Source: an uncultured Eubacterium sp.
Lineage (GTDB): Bacteria; Bacillota; Clostridia; Lachnospirales; Lachnospiraceae
Assembly (NCBI GenBank): GCA_947384955.1
Contig: CANDJC010000005.1
Span: 2,268-66,267 of the forward strand
Direction of reading: 5' to 3'
Length of the DNA stretch: 64,000 bases
The first letter of the stretch is position 1, and each line of letters begins with the position of its first letter. Of this stretch, positions 61,997-64,000 are shown piece after piece. The notes under the pieces were generated by a model. It made no database searches. It was not told the origin of the DNA and saw only the letters and a list, made by a program, of their open reading frames with translations. Made by a program: the position numbers and the translations under genes.

Positions 61997-64000
61997 ATGA
62001 ATACAGTTACAATGCTTGCTTTGAGCAATAATAAGAAAAATAAGACAAGAAGCATTCTGATAATGGTGTCGGTTTTTTTGACGACGGTTCTGCTGACGGT
62101 AATCTGTACGTTTGCCTACGGACTTGTTAAGCTGGAAAAAGAAAATGCGGCGCACAATTACGGGAGCAATTACGGCACATTTCATTCCGTGAGTTCAGAA
62201 CAGCTAAAGGAAGCAGAACGGCACGGTGAATTTTCCAAAATCGGTATGACAGCACAGGCCGGGCAGCTGGATAACGATGCTGTTTACGGGCTGTTTATGA
62301 CAGATGAAAATTACAGGGATATGTCAAATCTGTCAGGCATGCTGTCAGAGGGAAGATTTCCCCAAAAGGAGAATGAGATTACAGCCCAGAAGGAATTTTT
62401 TGAGGCAGCCGGATATGAAAATGTACAAATCGGGGATTTTGTGACATTTTCATACCGTGCGGATTTAAAGCACAAATTTGAGCCGGCGGAATTTCAAATC
62501 AGCGGATTACTTGAAGTACCGGATACGGACGTACCGCAGACTGTGTTTCTCGGATTTGTTTCACAGGCATTTTATGAAGCGCATGCTGCGGAAGATGACA
62601 GAAAATATTCGGTGTCGTTTCGGCTTTCACAGGAGGTTCCGATTACTTATGACAGTGCAGAGAAGGTGATACAGGACATTGCGGCGGACTGCGGGATTGA
62701 TAAAAAATATGTGTCTGTAAACGGGATTTATCTGCTGCTGACACTCGAACCGGGAAAGGAAACGATGACAGTCTGTGCAGTCATTGCGGCGGGTGTGATT
62801 CTTTTTTCGGTCATGGTTATTTATAATATTTTTCAGGTCGGAATTGTGCAGAATATCCGTGAATATGGCAAAATACGTGCGCTCGGGGCATCCAGGAAGC
62901 AGATGAAAAAGCTGATTTTTCAAGAAGGAATGCTGCTGGCGGCATGCAGTATTCCGGCGGGGCTTCTTGCAGGCTATGCGGCTGCCTGGGCCAGCTTTCA
63001 GTGGCTGCAGGCACAGGGAATCACAATGGGGGAGTATGAGGCGCAGATTAGTATTTTTTCACCCGTACATCTGCTGCTGGCGGCGGGGATGTCACTGCTT
63101 ACTATCATTCTGGCTCTGCGAAGGCCTATGAAAATCGTAAGTGCCATTTCGCCTGTAGAAGCGCTGCGTTACATGGAAAAAACAGGCAGCAGAAAGGCAG
63201 GAATCCGCAAAGGCAGGAATCAGATGTCAGTCTGGCGGCTGGCAGCGGCAAATATAGCTGCGGACCGCAGACGCACGGTTATGACAATATTTACGATGGG
63301 ACTGTCCTGTGTTTTGTTTGTAGTGATAGCAAACTGTGCAGGCAATATGGACCCGGAATACAATGCGAGAAATTTTGTGGAGATGGGACAGTTTCAGATT
63401 GAACTGGATTATTTGATTGGCGATGAAGCCTATCCGGAAAATAACCTGGATTCCGTACTGGAACATAATCCATTGAATAAACAGCTGATAACACAGATAC
63501 AGAATATAAACGGCGTAACCGGAGTGCAGACTAGAAATCTCCTTCTGGCAGAAACAGGCGGAAGGCAGGAGGATGTGGAGATACTGGATGAGGCTGGATT
63601 TAAAGCAAGAATACAGCAGGGAGGCACAATCGGAAGACTGCAGTATGAAGACGGCAGAAAACAGGACCTGATTTATTACGGCTGGTCACATTTTATGGAA
63701 GATTACGGATATACGCTGGGGCAGTCTGTTACACTGGAACTGAATAACGGGGCAGAGAAAAAATCTGTAACAGGGGAAATGCCGGGAGCATTTGGAAATT
63801 CCGGCGGCACGTGGGTGATTACAGAAGATATGTACCAGAAACTGAATTTTAACACAGACTCGCCGGGATGGCTGTGGGTGGACTGCAGTGAAGAGGATGT
63901 GCCGGCAGTGCGTGCAGAACTGGAATTACTGCTAAACGGAACAGAACATGTGGAGATGACGGTATTTTCGGATATGCTGTCACAGTCGCGGTCCGGCATC
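61997..64000 (+). CDS. FtsX-type ABC transporter permease, runs off the window end
   Basis: Not in the track (no stop). Manual translation MNTVTMLALSNNKKNKTRSILIMVSVFLTTVLL...; later IYNIFQVGIVQNIREYGKIRALGASRKQMKKLIFQE. Confidence 0.88.
   Translation, partial: MNTVTMLALSNNKKNKTRSILIMVSVFLTTVLLTVICTFAYGLVKLEKENAAHNYGSNYGTFHSVSSEQLKEAERHGEFSKIGMTAQAGQLDNDAVYGLFMTDENYRDMSNLSGMLSEGRFPQKENEITAQKEFFEAAGYENVQIGDFVTFSYRADLKHKFEPAEFQISGLLEVPDTDVPQTVFLGFVSQAFYEAHAAEDDRKYSVSFRLSQEVPITYDSAEKVIQDIAADCGIDKKYVSVNGIYLLLTLEPGKETMTVCAVIAAGVILFSVMVIYNIFQVGIVQNIREYGKIRALGASRKQMKKLIFQEGMLLAACSIPAGLLAGYAAAWASFQWLQAQGITMGEYEAQISIFSPVHLLLAAGMSLLTIILALRRPMKIVSAISPVEALRYMEKTGSRKAGIRKGRNQMSVWRLAAANIAADRRRTVMTIFTMGLSCVLFVVIANCAGNMDPEYNARNFVEMGQFQIELDYLIGDEAYPENNLDSVLEHNPLNKQLITQIQNINGVTGVQTRNLLLAETGGRQEDVEILDEAGFKARIQQGGTIGRLQYEDGRKQDLIYYGWSHFMEDYGYTLGQSVTLELNNGAEKKSVTGEMPGAFGNSGGTWVITEDMYQKLNFNTDSPGWLWVDCSEEDVPAVRAELELLLNGTEHVEMTVFSDMLSQSRSGI

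Overview
Chromosomal window from a spore-forming Firmicute, most likely Lachnospiraceae (inferred from spoVT, a SpoVB/YabM-like flippase, class B sortase and Fn3-tailed surface proteins). Core genes occupy 1-7016 (2-hydroxyacid dehydrogenase fragment, flippase, spoVT, a lipoprotein trigger-factor paralog, class A PBP, tRNA-Pro). The tRNA is followed by a tyrosine-integrase remnant and about 50 kb of mostly accessory genes, ending before gdhA (57975). These include XRE and Uma2 genes; an AraC/esterase/TRAP/tandem-GH31 carbohydrate locus; an SGNH esterase; a REC-GGDEF-EAL protein; thiT; an Rpn-type PD-(D/E)XK gene with an internal start and 54-bp repeats; a 2.9-kaa Ig-like/Fn3 surface protein with SrtB and a TPKTG-anchored BspA-LRR protein; and a C5-MTase + GHKL(MORC-like)-histidine kinase + receiver module with no visible nuclease. 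After gdhA come an orphan histidine kinase with an in-frame VNTR and an FtsX-type ABC transporter. The most striking element is a minus-strand three-gene operon (29307-36687) encoding a SIR2-FHA fusion, a transmembrane pseudokinase-LRR and a transmembrane Ser/Thr kinase-LRR. It looks like a receptor-kinase-gated NADase (candidate immunity or signalling system). A second unexplained feature is an unnamed 69-aa N-terminal domain shared by SrtB and a hypothetical membrane protein 21 kb away. All calls come from motif reading; no database search was run, and GC statements are by eye.
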